Origin: a cyanobacterium endosymbiont of Rhopalodia gibba
GTDB lineage: Bacteria; Cyanobacteriota; Cyanobacteriia; Cyanobacteriales; Microcystaceae
Length of the DNA stretch: 64,000 nucleotides
NCBI GenBank assembly: GCA_045159875.1
Contig: CP067995.1
Location: 768,001-832,000 of the forward strand
Reading direction: 5' to 3'
The notes below the pieces were generated by a model. The model saw only the letters and a program-made list of their open reading frames with translations. It did not search any database and was not told the DNA's origin. This document shows, piece after piece, positions 47,867 to 59,887 of the stretch. A program made the position numbers and the translations under genes. The stretch's first letter is position 1. Each line of letters opens with the position of its first letter.

Positions 47867-49042
47867 ATGCGTGTAATCCTTATGACTGGTAAAGGAGGAG
47901 TCGGTAAAACCTCCGTTGCGGCCGCCACTGGACTGCGATGTGCAGAATTAGGCTATAAAACCCTAGTTTTAAGTACCGATCCCGCCCATTCCCTTGCCGA
48001 TAGTTTTGATTTAGAATTGGGGCACGATCCCTGTAAAATCTGTCCTAACCTTTGGGGAGCTGAATTGGATGCACTCATGGAGTTAGAAAGCAACTGGGGT
48101 GCAGTTAAACGCTACATCACCCAAGTGTTACAAGCAGGAGGACTTGATGGTGTCCAGGCTGAAGAATTGGCAATTTTACCTGGAATGGACGAAATTTTTG
48201 GGTTAGTGCGGATGAAACGCCACTATGATGAAGGGGAGTATGACGTCTTAATCATTGATTCAGCTCCTACAGGAACGGCTTTAAGGCTGTTAAGTATCCC
48301 TGAAGTAGGAGGATGGTATATGCGACGATTTTACAAGCCTTTGCAAGGAATGTCTGTTGTCTTAAGACCGTTGATAGAACCTTTATTTAAACCCATTGCA
48401 GGTTTTTCTTTACCTGATAAAGAAGTAATGGACGCACCTTATGAATTTTATGAACAAATTGAGGCATTAGAAAAGGTTTTAACCGATAATAGTAAAACCA
48501 CAGTCCGTTTAGTCACTAACCCCGAAAAAATGGTGATTAAGGAATCATTACGTGCTCATGCTTATTTAAGTTTATATAATGTGTCTACAGATTTAGTGAT
48601 AGCTAATCGCATCATTCCCGATACGGTGACGGATAGTTTCTTTCAAAGATGGAAAGAAAATCAACAGATTTACAGAGAAGAAATTCACAATAATTTTCAT
48701 CCTTTACCGGTAAAAGAAGTTCCACTTTATTCTGAGGAAATGTGTGGGTTAGAAGCCTTAGAAAGATTAAAACTAACCTTATATGAGAATGAAAATCCTA
48801 CTCAGGTTTACTACAAAGAAACTACACTTAAAGTAGTTCAAAATTTTGAAAACTACAGTTTAGAGTTATATTTACCAGGAATCCCCAAAGAACAAATTCA
48901 ACTAAATAAAACAGGGGATGAGTTAAATATTCGGATTGGCAATCATCGCCGAAATTTAGTTTTACCTCAAGCTTTAGCTACTTTAAAACCTTCAGGAGCA
49001 AAAATAGAAAACGATTATCTAAAAATTTGCTTCTCTGCCTAA
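47867..49042 (+). CDS. ArsA/Get3 (TRC40) family ATPase with C-terminal HSP20-like domain
   Basis: [38 protein letters not shown]. Confidence 0.93.
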   Translation: MRVILMTGKGGVGKTSVAAATGLRCAELGYKTLVLSTDPAHSLADSFDLELGHDPCKICPNLWGAELDALMELESNWGAVKRYITQVLQAGGLDGVQAEELAILPGMDEIFGLVRMKRHYDEGEYDVLIIDSAPTGTALRLLSIPEVGGWYMRRFYKPLQGMSVVLRPLIEPLFKPIAGFSLPDKEVMDAPYEFYEQIEALEKVLTDNSKTTVRLVTNPEKMVIKESLRAHAYLSLYNVSTDLVIANRIIPDTVTDSFFQRWKENQQIYREEIHNNFHPLPVKEVPLYSEEMCGLEALERLKLTLYENENPTQVYYKETTLKVVQNFENYSLELYLPGIPKEQIQLNKTGDELNIRIGNHRRNLVLPQALATLKPSGAKIENDYLKICFSA

Positions 49043-50408
49043 AAAAAACTACATTTTAGCTATTCTTACTAAATTACCAGAAAAATAAAACAACAACCAA
49101 AGATATGAGTATAATCTTCTTCTTTGGTTTTTATCTTTCTGAAAATTTTTAGAATATACTGAACTGATGATATAGAGTTAACTAGTGAAATACCAAATCA
49201 AGAAACTTCGTAGTTTAAAATTAATGAAATTTTTAAACCCATAAACCCTACTTTTAGTCAAGTTCAATTTATTATTAATGTCTTCACTGTTCCTTAAGTT
49301 GTTCCTTCGTAAAAATAGACAATAGTTTCTTAACTCCAACGCCTAATCATTACACAACTTCTCAGCCTATGATAAATAGACTTTTTTACACACGTTAGGT
49401 AATTTAAATAGTTCCGAACCTAATTATTATTTTTATTAAAAATCTTCTAAATTTATCTTACGATAGTGAGTTGTTTATACAATTGGTTCAATCCTCTTCA
49501 TTTTTTCTAAAAGTGTTTACTATCCCTTGTTATTGACGATCTCCAAACAGCTGTAATGTGTTTTAGCTAAAATTAATAGAAAAACTTTTTTTACCTCCAT
49601 AAAATCGGCAATTAAACGAAAAATCACGTAACGTTCTTTTTTTTAAATTTATTATTTAATAAGCCTAAAATTAATTTTTAATTCTCCCTTTTTTAGATTT
49701 TATGTAGAGTTTTATTAGATTTAAGACAAGAGAAAATATTACGTTTTATTTAAACTTTGACTATTTTAAATAGATGTAATTTATTACCCTATCTTAATAA
49801 GATTGAGTCCTTAACTTACTGTAAAATTTTTCTAATCTTAATTCTTTTTCTTATTTCATATCAACTGATTTAGAAATCCTAAATTAGGAAGATTTAAATT
49901 TTTATCAAAAAGACTAATCTAACTCTTTAAAAAATCAGATTAGTCTCATATCTTTTATATAAATAGCTAAAAGCTTTAGTATTTTTATCAGTGTTAGACA
50001 CATATAAACCACTATTTCATCCAATACCATTAATCTCAATCGATCAAGAAATATTTTCTATATCAATGTCGTGGCTAATAGCATAACTATTAATTCGAAT
50101 AAACAAGTTATAATTCTTTGTCTGACTACCGTTATTTATAAACTCGTTGGGACTTTTAAAATGAGATGCAAACAGATACATTTCTCCACCAATAATGCTA
50201 CTAAATTTTTTAAAATTGCCTCAATTGATAAATTGAGCTAAAATACTAACTTTAATAACTAAAATAACAATTATTTATATGGACGAAATAACTTAATTAT
50301 TCTTCTTCTCTTTTGAAGAGAACTTTTAAAAAATAAATTCAAAAACTGGGTCATTAAGAAATTCCTATAACCCAGTTAATTAAAATAAATCTAAGATTGT
50401 CCTGAACT

Positions 50409-51005
50409 TTACAAAAGATAAACTAAGATAAAAAGTATAATCCAAACTACATCTACAAAGTGCCAGTAAAGTTCTGCTGCTTCAACCCCAAAATGGGACT
50501 CACTAGAGTAATGTCCTTCTTTATTTGAACGCCATAACACTGCTAAGATTAACAACAGACCAAAGGTAACATGAAGTCCGTGAAATCCAGTTAAAGCATA
50601 GAAACAACTAGCAAATAAATTAGTAGTTAATCCCATCTCTAGATGAAAGTATTCATACATCTGACCGATAAGGAAAATAATACCCATAACGGCTGTAATG
50701 CTAAACCAGAACTTTAACCCAGAAACGTTATTCTTCTTAATAGCAGCTTGACCCTTATGCATCACAAAACTACTAGCAACCAGAATTATTGTATTAACTC
50801 CAGGCAATAATAATTCCAATTCCGGTGTTCCCTCGGGAGGCCAAACAGGAATTATCGTGCGATAAATAATAAAGGCAGCGAATAGTCCCAAAAAGATAGA
50901 ACTTTCTGCTATTAGAAAAAGAGCAATTCCAAAAAAGCGATGGTCTGGATGACCACTGTGAAGGCTAACAGTTCCTTGTGACTGTTCAATTGCTGATCCT
51001 TGCAT
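50409..51005 (-). CDS. ctaE: cytochrome c oxidase subunit III
   Basis: LTGFHGLHV, YWHFVDVVW; likely start MQGSAI at 51005. Confidence 0.95.
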   Translation of the reverse strand: MQGSAIEQSQGTVSLHSGHPDHRFFGIALFLIAESSIFLGLFAAFIIYRTIIPVWPPEGTPELELLLPGVNTIILVASSFVMHKGQAAIKKNNVSGLKFWFSITAVMGIIFLIGQMYEYFHLEMGLTTNLFASCFYALTGFHGLHVTFGLLLILAVLWRSNKEGHYSSESHFGVEAAELYWHFVDVVWIILFILVYLL

Positions 51006-51117
51006 GACTATTGTTTGATGAAATAATAGTGACAGAATAAATCTAAGACACAAATAACGAAAAGAATAGCGATCACGCATTGTACAGATTAACCGTGATC
51101 GCTTTTGTTCATGAGCA

Positions 51118-52785
51118 TTATCTCGATTGAGAACCGACTTCTGCTAACATGTCGTCGACAGTTTCCTCTCCATTGACAACTTCCGAATCTGTACCGTAGT
51201 CATAAGGACCTGCCCATAATACGGGTTCTTCTTCAAAGTTTTCAATGATGGGAGGAGAGGACGTTTGCCATTCTAGGGTATAAGCACGCCAGGGGTTACG
51301 AGCAGCTTTTTCGCCTTGATTCAAACTCCAAAGGATATTGATAACAAAAGGAAGACTAGAAACAGCTAGAATATAAGCCCCAATGGTGCAAATTAAATTG
51401 ATGGGTTCAAACTGTACGTCATAAAGGGCAATACGACGATTCATTCCCATTAATCCCAATTTGTGCATAGGTAAAAAGGTAATATTCAACCCAATGAACA
51501 GGAGAATAAAGTGCAATTTACCCAGAGGTTCATTAATCATCCGCCCCGTCATCTTAGGAAACCAATGATAAAATCCGGCAAACAGTCCCATGGCTGCCCC
51601 ACCGAAGAGGACGTAATGGAAATGTCCCACTACAAAATAGGTATCATGAACGTGGATATCAAAGGGAACGGAAGATAACATAACTCCCGTTAGTCCACCC
51701 ATGACGAAGGTTGCAATAAACCCCACTCCAAACAACATGGCAGTATTGAGGTTCAGTTTTCCCCCCCAAAGAGTTGCACACCAGCTAAAAATCTTAATCC
51801 CTGTGGGAATAGCGATCAGCATAGTAGCAGCCATAAAGAAGACCCGTAACCATCCTGGTGTTCCGCTGGTGAACATATGGTGCGCCCAAACAATTAACCC
51901 TAGGAAGCTAATGGCTAAACTAGAGTAGGCGATCGCTCGATAGCCAAAAATCGGTTTGCGAGAGTGGACGGGTAATACTTCAGAAATAACTCCAAAGAAA
52001 GGTAAGATCATGATATACACCGCCGGATGGGAGTAGAACCAGAACATATGCTGGTAAACAATTGGATCTCCTCCTCCTGTGGGGTTGAAGAAGGCAGTTC
52101 CGGCAATAAGATCAAAAGAGAGAAGTACTAATGCCGCAGCTAAAACAGGGGTAGAAAGTAGAATTAGGGCCGAGGTCGCTAACATAGACCAGCAAAATAG
52201 AGGCATGCTGTGGAGATCCATGTCCGGAATCCGCATTTTGAAGATGGTGGTAACAAAATTAATTGCCCCTAAAATTGAGGAGGTTCCCACCAATAAAACG
52301 CTTAAAATCCAAATTTCTTCTCCCCAAACCCCGCTAACTAAACTCAGGGGAGGGTAGGAAGTCCAACCAGCCTGGGGAGCTCCATTAGGAACAAAAAAGC
52401 TTGCTAGTAGGAGAATGCCCCCTGGAGGAGTCAACCAAAACGCTACCGCATTGAGGGTAGGAAAAGCCATATCTTCAGCCCCAATCATGAGGGGAATTAG
52501 ATAATTAGCAAAAGCGGCCCCAGCCGGAACAATCCACAAGAAGATCATGATGGTTCCGTGGATGGTCATAAATTGGTTATACAAGGCCGGGGTAACAAAA
52601 TCGGGGTCGGCGGTGGCTAATTCCGTACGAATGACTTCCGCAAAAGCCCCACCGATGAAGTAGAAAGCAAAAGAAGTAACGAGGTATTGGATGCCAATTA
52701 CCTTATGGTCGGTGCTGAAGGTAAAATAATCCGTCCACTTCCTTTCTTTATGTGCCGTATGATTTGATGCGACTACTGTTGTCAT
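51118..52785 (-). CDS. ctaD: cytochrome c oxidase subunit I (aa3)
   Basis: DHKVIG, WFYSHPAVY, WAHHM, VVGHFHY. Confidence 0.98.
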   Translation of the reverse strand: MTTVVASNHTAHKERKWTDYFTFSTDHKVIGIQYLVTSFAFYFIGGAFAEVIRTELATADPDFVTPALYNQFMTIHGTIMIFLWIVPAGAAFANYLIPLMIGAEDMAFPTLNAVAFWLTPPGGILLLASFFVPNGAPQAGWTSYPPLSLVSGVWGEEIWILSVLLVGTSSILGAINFVTTIFKMRIPDMDLHSMPLFCWSMLATSALILLSTPVLAAALVLLSFDLIAGTAFFNPTGGGDPIVYQHMFWFYSHPAVYIMILPFFGVISEVLPVHSRKPIFGYRAIAYSSLAISFLGLIVWAHHMFTSGTPGWLRVFFMAATMLIAIPTGIKIFSWCATLWGGKLNLNTAMLFGVGFIATFVMGGLTGVMLSSVPFDIHVHDTYFVVGHFHYVLFGGAAMGLFAGFYHWFPKMTGRMINEPLGKLHFILLFIGLNITFLPMHKLGLMGMNRRIALYDVQFEPINLICTIGAYILAVSSLPFVINILWSLNQGEKAARNPWRAYTLEWQTSSPPIIENFEEEPVLWAGPYDYGTDSEVVNGEETVDDMLAEVGSQSR

Positions 52786-52938
52786 AGGAAATTGAATGAT
52801 ACTTTACAATGACTTAGAGATGGAATAACCCAAGTTAAGGATGATGAGTTGTAAGGTATATGGCAATATGCATGCACTAGAGCCAAGAACAAGAAGTTAT
52901 TGTACTTAATGGTTTTCTTTGGTCTTCTGCCTGATCCT

Positions 52939-53874
52939 TTATGGATGGGGTACCCGAGCTAAGGTTTCCTTGTGGATGCCCATTTTATCAGCGTAGGGGC
53001 GAAGGAAATCTCCCCCAGAGAGATGTTGGGGACTAACTGCTACTGTTTCATCCAAGCTCGCTTTTTGAATAGGTTTATTAGTTTCTTCCCATTGAGCATA
53101 AGTTTCTTCATTTTCAACGTGGAGAACAGACTTCATCCCACCATGGTAAGCTCCACATAGTTCAGCGCAGATAATGGGATAGTCTCCTTCGCGATTTGAG
53201 GTAAATGCTAACATCGTATCTCGTCCAGGAATCGCATCTTGTTTAAGACGTAGTTGAGGAACCCAAAAGGCGTGGAGAACATCAGTTGCAGCAATGGTTA
53301 ATTGGACGGGGCGATTTTTCGGGAGATGAAGTTCTCCGGAAATGATTCCCGTCTCAGGATAAGTAAAAACCCAAGCATATTGCATTCCTTGAACTTTTAC
53401 CATGAGGGGAGTAGTTTTTCCGCTCTCATTGGCAGAGGTTCCAATTCCTAAGGCAACTTGCTTGTAATTACCATCCATCGCAATTTGCTGAGGTGGAGTG
53501 TCACCAGAAATTACGGGGTCAAGTCCCCCCATATTGTTGTAAACCTTAAAACTATAGACAGCAAGGATGAAAACGATAACGGTAGGAATGGCTGTCCAAA
53601 AAATTTCTAAAGGGACATTGCCTTCGATGGGCGGCCCGTCAGTTTGATCGTTGGGACGACGGCGAAATTTAATCAGACAAAACACAAGGGTCCCTTCCAC
53701 TAGTAAAAAGAGTCCGATGGCAATGCTCATCATAAAATTGAAAATGCCGTCTACTTGTGTGGCATCGTAAGAAGCAGCCACTGGCATAAGTCCGTGATTT
53801 TGACCATACCAGAGACTAATTAGAGTGATTACGACACCAACAATAAGAGTGATGATGTTACTGGGAATCTTCAC
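52939..53874 (-). CDS. ctaC: cytochrome c oxidase subunit II
   Basis: DVLHAFW and CuA motif CAELCGAYHGGM; GTG start. Confidence 0.97.
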   Translation of the reverse strand: MKIPSNIITLIVGVVITLISLWYGQNHGLMPVAASYDATQVDGIFNFMMSIAIGLFLLVEGTLVFCLIKFRRRPNDQTDGPPIEGNVPLEIFWTAIPTVIVFILAVYSFKVYNNMGGLDPVISGDTPPQQIAMDGNYKQVALGIGTSANESGKTTPLMVKVQGMQYAWVFTYPETGIISGELHLPKNRPVQLTIAATDVLHAFWVPQLRLKQDAIPGRDTMLAFTSNREGDYPIICAELCGAYHGGMKSVLHVENEETYAQWEETNKPIQKASLDETVAVSPQHLSGGDFLRPYADKMGIHKETLARVPHP

Positions 53875-54376
53875 GGTTGTTGATAAGGATATACAATTCG
53901 CTACTTAATCAACGGTAAAACATCCTTCCCAAAATAGTGGGTATCTTTATGAGATCTTCAACGAATCTTTTGTTTCTCTTTAGAATTAGATATCCTCAGA
54001 GTTTTAGTGAGTTATAAATTTTGGTTCAATACGAATCAAAAAATATGATCGAACTTCTTGTGTAAATAAGAAAATTTTAAAGATAAAGCTTGAATTAAAA
54101 TTAAAATTTTTTAAAAGTTATAAACACTCTATTAATAGTCCATTTAAACATATTTAATAATAAAAATCTTATGCTTAACATGATTTATTTATAATATTTA
54201 TCCCTATGTTTTAAATGCTTAACCTAGTTAAACTTTTAAAGTTATAAGATGTATATCTATTATCATAGATAATTCAGCTTTTATGGAGATAAAATGGTCT
54301 TTTTCTTAAAAAAATAGACTAAATTTTTACCCACTAAAATTAGACAATTGTGGGTAAATTACTGTTACATAGAGAA

Positions 54377-54416
54377 TAATAATTTCTATTTTTAAAAATA
54401 AAAATAGAAATTATTA
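54377..54416. repeat. perfect inverted repeat, 18-bp arms, 4-nt spacer
   Basis: TAATAATTTCTATTTTTA-aaaa-TAAAAATAGAAATTATTA. Confidence 0.85.
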
Positions 54417-55449
54417 ATATTTAAATAGAATTGATTTAAAAAATAACTTATATGTTTTAAATCATATTAATTTTTAAGTTTAAAAAATTAAATTTTAGTA
54501 GTTAATTGAATATCATTGGTTTAGTAGAAGTAAATATATTAATATTTAGAGAAATTATTGTTATTATAAGTGTAGCTTTGTAACGAACTTCTGTCTATCT
54601 ACAGTTAGCGATTTCAAGTAATTAGTATTGGAAAATAAATAGGAAAACTTGACGTATTTATATGATGAAAGTAGCATATATTTCTGGATACGAAGTTGAG
54701 CAAGCTATCAAAGTTCTAATAAGTTTTCTTGACCACTTGATGATAATGGTTATCGCAGGAACGATCCGGATAATTCTAATATCTATATATTTTTTAATGT
54801 TTAAAACATTTGACGTATCCGCCTAAAAAGTATTATTGATTAATTGATCAATTGATAAGATTACTGGTTTGGTATTTCATCTCTTATCTATTCTGCTATG
54901 ATTGTTGAGTCACCAGATTACAAAACTATATTGATATAAGTATAGCGATGCTTAAATATTATCGTCCTACTTAAACAGCATTGTCCCTATTTAGATATAA
55001 TTTTCGATTTACGTCATTATGTAAATAATTTAACTCCTATCCCTTTACCAGTTTCAATGCATCAATAAAAGTTAATTAGGGTTTCCCACTGTTTAAGCTA
55101 TAGTCAGAACCATGAGTATTTATGTATCGTCCCCGTATTTTTTGATTTATTAAGTTTTTAGCTTAATAGTTTAATGACTCTTAGTAGCAACTACTATAAA
55201 TAGGTTAATATCTCCGTGTTAATAACATCTTTTCAGCTCTTCAGAGCTTCAGATCTTGAGAAAGAGAACTGATAACATTTATCTCTTATTTCTGTTTTCT
55301 AAAAAAATAAAAAAGACTAAAAAACAGATATTACATTAGTTTTATTCCCTTATATCATTAACTTTTATGTAATAGAAACAACATAAAAAGTACTAAAATG
55401 ATTTAAGGATAACCATTTACTTTTTTCTGATAAAATGCAAATATAATGA

Positions 55450-57282
55450 TCAATTATACTGAGATGGAGGGATTCCTTTCAGAAAAATTAACGCCTCAAT
55501 TACCTTTTTTGCAATAGGCGCGGCTACCGTTGAGCCATAAGTATCTACTCCTTGGGGTTCATCTACCACTGTCATAACCACATAGCGAGGATTATCTACC
55601 GGTAAAATCGCGACAAAACTTGTTATCTTCGCACTGGGCAAATACCCTCCCCTAGGATCCGCCTTTTGGGCTGTCCCTGTTTTTCCTCCAATCCGATAGC
55701 CTGAAATTTGAGATGCTTTCCCTGACCCACCAGTAACTACAGTTTCCATCATCTCTGCTACTTGCCGACTTACATGAGGTGACATAATCTGTGTCACTCT
55801 ATGCTTGGGTTTCCAGTGCATATAACCATCAACATCAACTAATCCACGAACTAGATGGGGAGTCACTAACTTTCCTCCATTAGCCAACGCCCCATGTAAT
55901 TGAACTAACTTGATAGGAGTTAAGGACAGACCTTGTCCAAAAGAGGCTGTAGCTACTTCGATTCCTCTTTTAGTAAAAATTTCCTCACTTTTGAGATAAC
56001 CACTCACTTCCCCTGGCAAATCAATTCCTGTTTTTTTATCAATTTGTAATTGTTGTAATCGTTGATAGTAATCTTTACGGCTTAATCTCCGCATCATATG
56101 AACCATAGCTACATTACTGGAAGTTTGTAGAATTTTAGCAATGTTAATCGCTCCATGTCCTATTCTAGTAGCATTGTAGATATTCCAACCATCCACCTGA
56201 ACCGCTCCAGAATCGTGAATTACCGTATTTGGCTGAATCACTCCTGCTGTGAGGGCTAAAGCAACATTAATTGGTTTAAAAGTAGAGCCTGGTTCATAAA
56301 GATCACTGACCGTCCAATTTTTGAATAGTTCTATCCTGGATTTATAGTATTTATTAGGATCAAAAGTTGGCTCACAAACTAAAGATATCAACGAGCCATC
56401 AGTGCTATCCATAATAATTACTGCTCCCCGTTTAGCATTAAATTTGTCCAATTGCTGTCGAAGAGCAACCCGTGCCGCTCTCTGGATCCGCATATCTAAG
56501 GTTAACTGCACTCGCAGATCATTTGATTTCAGCAAATCTTGCGGTAAAAAAGCAGGAACAATCTCCCCTAAGGCAGTACGACGCACGTATAAACTTAGTA
56601 AATTCCGTTCCAGTAGCTTTTCTTGACTGCGTTCAATTCCTGCTTGGCCATTGCGATCACTATCTACATAGCCAATTACCTCAGACACCATCTTTTCTTG
56701 AGGATAAAATCGAGTATAAGACTCGTTCAACTCCACCCCATCCAGACGCAACTTTTCAATTCTAGCCGCCTGGCTTTCTGTCAAACCACGAGCAATAGGA
56801 ATGCCCGTATCACGCCGTTTAAACCGCTCAACTAATTGTTGCGGGGTTTTATCTTCCAGGATAGGACTAAGTTGAGCAGCTACTTTTTCTTTAGTTATTT
56901 TAAATTGAATAGGATGGACATAAAGAATATGTGCGAGGCGATCAGTCGCCAAGACATTACCCTGACTGTCAATAATAGATCGTCGCGGAATATAAGGTCT
57001 TAAATTAACTGTTTGTTGTGATCGCGCTTTTTTTTGTAATTCTGGTGCTTGAACAATCTGTAATTGGTATAGTTTCACCCCTAAGCCAATCATTGCTCCT
57101 ATTAAGACTCCCCACACTAATAAGAGTCTCAACTGGGGTAGGGCAGTTCTTTTTTTAGAACTAGAAGCTGCCGGAGAACGTCGGAGCCTATAGCTAGACG
57201 AGGCTGATTTTCGAGGGAAACGATTTTTTCTGTCTTGATACTTAGAGCTAGATGAAAACCGCCTGAAGTTAGATCTACTCAT
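55450..57282 (-). CDS. ftsI: class B penicillin-binding protein FtsI/PBP3
   Basis: EPGSTFK (SxxK), SSN (SxN), GKTGT; N-terminal TM. Confidence 0.93.
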   Translation of the reverse strand: MSRSNFRRFSSSSKYQDRKNRFPRKSASSSYRLRRSPAASSSKKRTALPQLRLLLVWGVLIGAMIGLGVKLYQLQIVQAPELQKKARSQQTVNLRPYIPRRSIIDSQGNVLATDRLAHILYVHPIQFKITKEKVAAQLSPILEDKTPQQLVERFKRRDTGIPIARGLTESQAARIEKLRLDGVELNESYTRFYPQEKMVSEVIGYVDSDRNGQAGIERSQEKLLERNLLSLYVRRTALGEIVPAFLPQDLLKSNDLRVQLTLDMRIQRAARVALRQQLDKFNAKRGAVIIMDSTDGSLISLVCEPTFDPNKYYKSRIELFKNWTVSDLYEPGSTFKPINVALALTAGVIQPNTVIHDSGAVQVDGWNIYNATRIGHGAINIAKILQTSSNVAMVHMMRRLSRKDYYQRLQQLQIDKKTGIDLPGEVSGYLKSEEIFTKRGIEVATASFGQGLSLTPIKLVQLHGALANGGKLVTPHLVRGLVDVDGYMHWKPKHRVTQIMSPHVSRQVAEMMETVVTGGSGKASQISGYRIGGKTGTAQKADPRGGYLPSAKITSFVAILPVDNPRYVVMTVVDEPQGVDTYGSTVAAPIAKKVIEALIFLKGIPPSQYN

Positions 57283-57565
57283 TGAGTTGTGGAAAGTTTG
57301 GCATTAGAAAATGAGCAATTTTGATGTTCTCCGTACTTTAAGCTATTACGATAGGGATTTCCCAACCTGACGGATAGGGTTTTGGTGTTTTAATACATCA
57401 TCGACTCCCTAAAAACCTAGTTAATCTGGTTGGCCAGTCTACCACAAACAATGATGTTCGACTATATTTATAGTAAATAGTGAGTATCGATGATACTCAT
57501 CATAGTTCAGTAATTATTTATAACGCTTAACTCAACCCGTTGAAGTATCAAATGCGTTAATTAAG

Positions 57566-58057
57566 TTAATAAGCTATAGGAGCTTCAGCCATCCAAAAAT
57601 TTCCATGATTGGAAATCGTGGCATCAGTAACAGATAAGGGGACAACCTTAACATCCGGGAGAAAAATCAAGTCTTTTGGATGGAGTTGAGTTAAACCAGC
57701 TTCTGGTTTTTGGGCTTGTTGAGCTAATTGATGTTTTAAGACTTCATTAGCCCCAACTAAATAGCGTTCCTCCTGTTGTAGCTTAGTTAATTTTCGAAAT
57801 TCTTGACTCCAGAGGGTCGGCACCCGAACTGTCCATCCATAAACACCTAAAGTTAAGGTCACTAGACAAAAAGCAAAGATAGCAGAAACTTTGTTGATAA
57901 GTAAAAGAGATTGTAAATAATAATGTACTTTATCTTTTTTACTCGATATTTTAGCGATTTTTCGGGAATTAACCGATGAATAAGTCGGTAAAGCTCTCCG
58001 TGATTTCTTCAAACGTGAGGATTTAGGGATAGGCTGATAATCACGTGCAGCAGTCAT
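57566..58057 (-). CDS. FtsL-like single-TM coiled-coil protein upstream of ftsI
   Basis: One TM followed by coiled coil WSQEFRKLTKLQQEERYL..NEVLKHQLA; position upstream of ftsI. Confidence 0.65.
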   Translation of the reverse strand: MTAARDYQPIPKSSRLKKSRRALPTYSSVNSRKIAKISSKKDKVHYYLQSLLLINKVSAIFAFCLVTLTLGVYGWTVRVPTLWSQEFRKLTKLQQEERYLVGANEVLKHQLAQQAQKPEAGLTQLHPKDLIFLPDVKVVPLSVTDATISNHGNFWMAEAPIAY

Positions 58058-58267
58058 AATCTAGTTGATATTTCAATTGGATAAGAAGTGACTTAAGAGA
58101 ATTTCGATAAATCAATATCGGTGATTAATCCTTATGGAGTCTCGTATAAAAGACGAGGATAACCCTCTTGATGTTGCATAATGAATGACCCAACTGTTCT
58201 GAAATAGAAGACTTATTATATATAGAGTCTATACTAATCCGTTTAATGATTATCTCTGTGATTTTTT

Positions 58268-58747
58268 ATGGTCTATTTCTCAAAAAAATGTTGGTTTGGT
58301 TTTGTGGTGCTTACAACGATCTCCCTTAACTTCAGATTTTACATCCTACCTGTTCAAGGACAGCCGCAATTATACAATCCTATCCCCCTAGCTTCCAATA
58401 ATAAAGTTATGGATACTCTTTCTACTCAAGACATTCCTACCGGAGAAGGGGGATTTGCACGCGATTATTTAGTGGAACTTGAACATGGAGATCAGGTAGC
58501 AATTGACCTGATGTCTGAGGAATTTGATAGTGTTGTTTTACTATTAGCAGCTGACGGGTCTACCATTGCAGAAAATGATGACGGACCTGATGGTTCTACT
58601 AATTCTTTGTTGTTTGCTCGGATTACTGAAAGTGGAAAGTATATCATCCGAATTCGTGCCTTTGGAGAGACAGGAGGAGGAAAATTCACCCTTAAATTAG
58701 ATCGCCTACGTCCGGTCAATAACTTACGTAATAAACCAGCAAGTTAA
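58268..58747 (+). CDS. secreted PPC (pre-peptidase C-terminal) domain protein
   Basis: Signal-like N-terminus; GDQVAIDL.SEEFD, AENDDGPDGSTNS, SGKYIIRI. Confidence 0.85.
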   Translation: MVYFSKKCWFGFVVLTTISLNFRFYILPVQGQPQLYNPIPLASNNKVMDTLSTQDIPTGEGGFARDYLVELEHGDQVAIDLMSEEFDSVVLLLAADGSTIAENDDGPDGSTNSLLFARITESGKYIIRIRAFGETGGGKFTLKLDRLRPVNNLRNKPAS

Positions 58748-59509
58748 GATACTTAAGATTAAAGCTTCACTCCATTCTACCACTGCACCGTAGGTATCCC
58801 CTGTATGTCCACCGAAACGCTGATAAAACCAGAAACCTGTGATAATAGCAATAGTACTCCCAACTACAGCTACCTCAACTCCCAACCACCAACGATGAAC
58901 ATTGAAGAGAATTAACAATCCACTGAGGGTTAATAAACTTCCTAATCCTAAAAATAGATCTTGGGGTAACTGAATACTTTGCTTGTGAAATACGCCTTTA
59001 CCGGTAGGTTTTAGGTAAGGATAAAAAGTTATGGCAGCTACCTGTCCCCATCGTCCCCATCCTGCGGCTATCATTAATACCAACCAACGATAACTGGTTA
59101 TCTCACTTAAAGCAATGGTTTTTAACCCTAATATAACGACCGCGGCAATTACGCCAAAAGCTCCGGTTACACTATCTTGCATAATTTCCAACCGACGAGC
59201 AGAGTCAGTTGCCCCTAATCCATCAGCTGTATCGATGGCACCGTCTAAGTGTAATCCTCCCGTTAAAACAAGCCAAACAGCGACAATTAAAGCACTACGG
59301 ATGGCTATGGGAAATCCCAAAAAGTTTAAGCCCACATCTGCTAGTCCTAACCCTCCTCCGAGTAATATTCCTAGTAATGGAGACCATCGAGCTAGTTGTT
59401 GAAACAACTGTGGCCATCGCAAAGGAAGGGGAATAATTGTATAAAATGTGATCGCTCCTAAAAATGTTTTCAAATCATATTCAAGATGTTGGACAATTTT
59501 TTTAACCAT
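58724..59509 (-). CDS. cobS: adenosylcobinamide-GDP ribazoletransferase
   Basis: LTGGLHLDGAIDTADG, DSVTGAFG, GGHTGDTYGA. Confidence 0.95.
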   Translation of the reverse strand: MVKKIVQHLEYDLKTFLGAITFYTIIPLPLRWPQLFQQLARWSPLLGILLGGGLGLADVGLNFLGFPIAIRSALIVAVWLVLTGGLHLDGAIDTADGLGATDSARRLEIMQDSVTGAFGVIAAVVILGLKTIALSEITSYRWLVLMIAAGWGRWGQVAAITFYPYLKPTGKGVFHKQSIQLPQDLFLGLGSLLTLSGLLILFNVHRWWLGVEVAVVGSTIAIITGFWFYQRFGGHTGDTYGAVVEWSEALILSILTCWFIT

Positions 59510-59858
59510 TCAGATACTGTTGAGCATTGACTGAAATAATTCCTTTAAATGTTAGTAAATTTACTTATTATTGGTGCTTGAGAAAGCATAACTATAACTA
59601 TTTTACCAACTGATCTCTAAAATTTAGAGTAATCTGTGAGTAGCTAAACTTAAAAAAATATAAAATGGTAAGGATAGTTTAGAAAAGAGAGAGTACTAGA
59701 TCTCGAGTTGCTCAAAATTCAGCTGATATAATTAGGAGAGTTAGAACTATCAAAGTTGACTTGCGCCCAAAATTTTTTCAGAATTAGAGCAAGAGCAGAA
59801 ATTTTATCTTTAAACTTAAAAGGATAAAAAATTAAATAAATGACAAATTTAATGAAAT

Positions 59859-59887
59859 TATTAATTGTTTTTTAAAAACAATTAATA
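59859..59887. repeat. perfect inverted repeat, 14-bp arms, 1-nt spacer
   Basis: TATTAATTGTTTTT-t-AAAAACAATTAATA. Confidence 0.7.
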
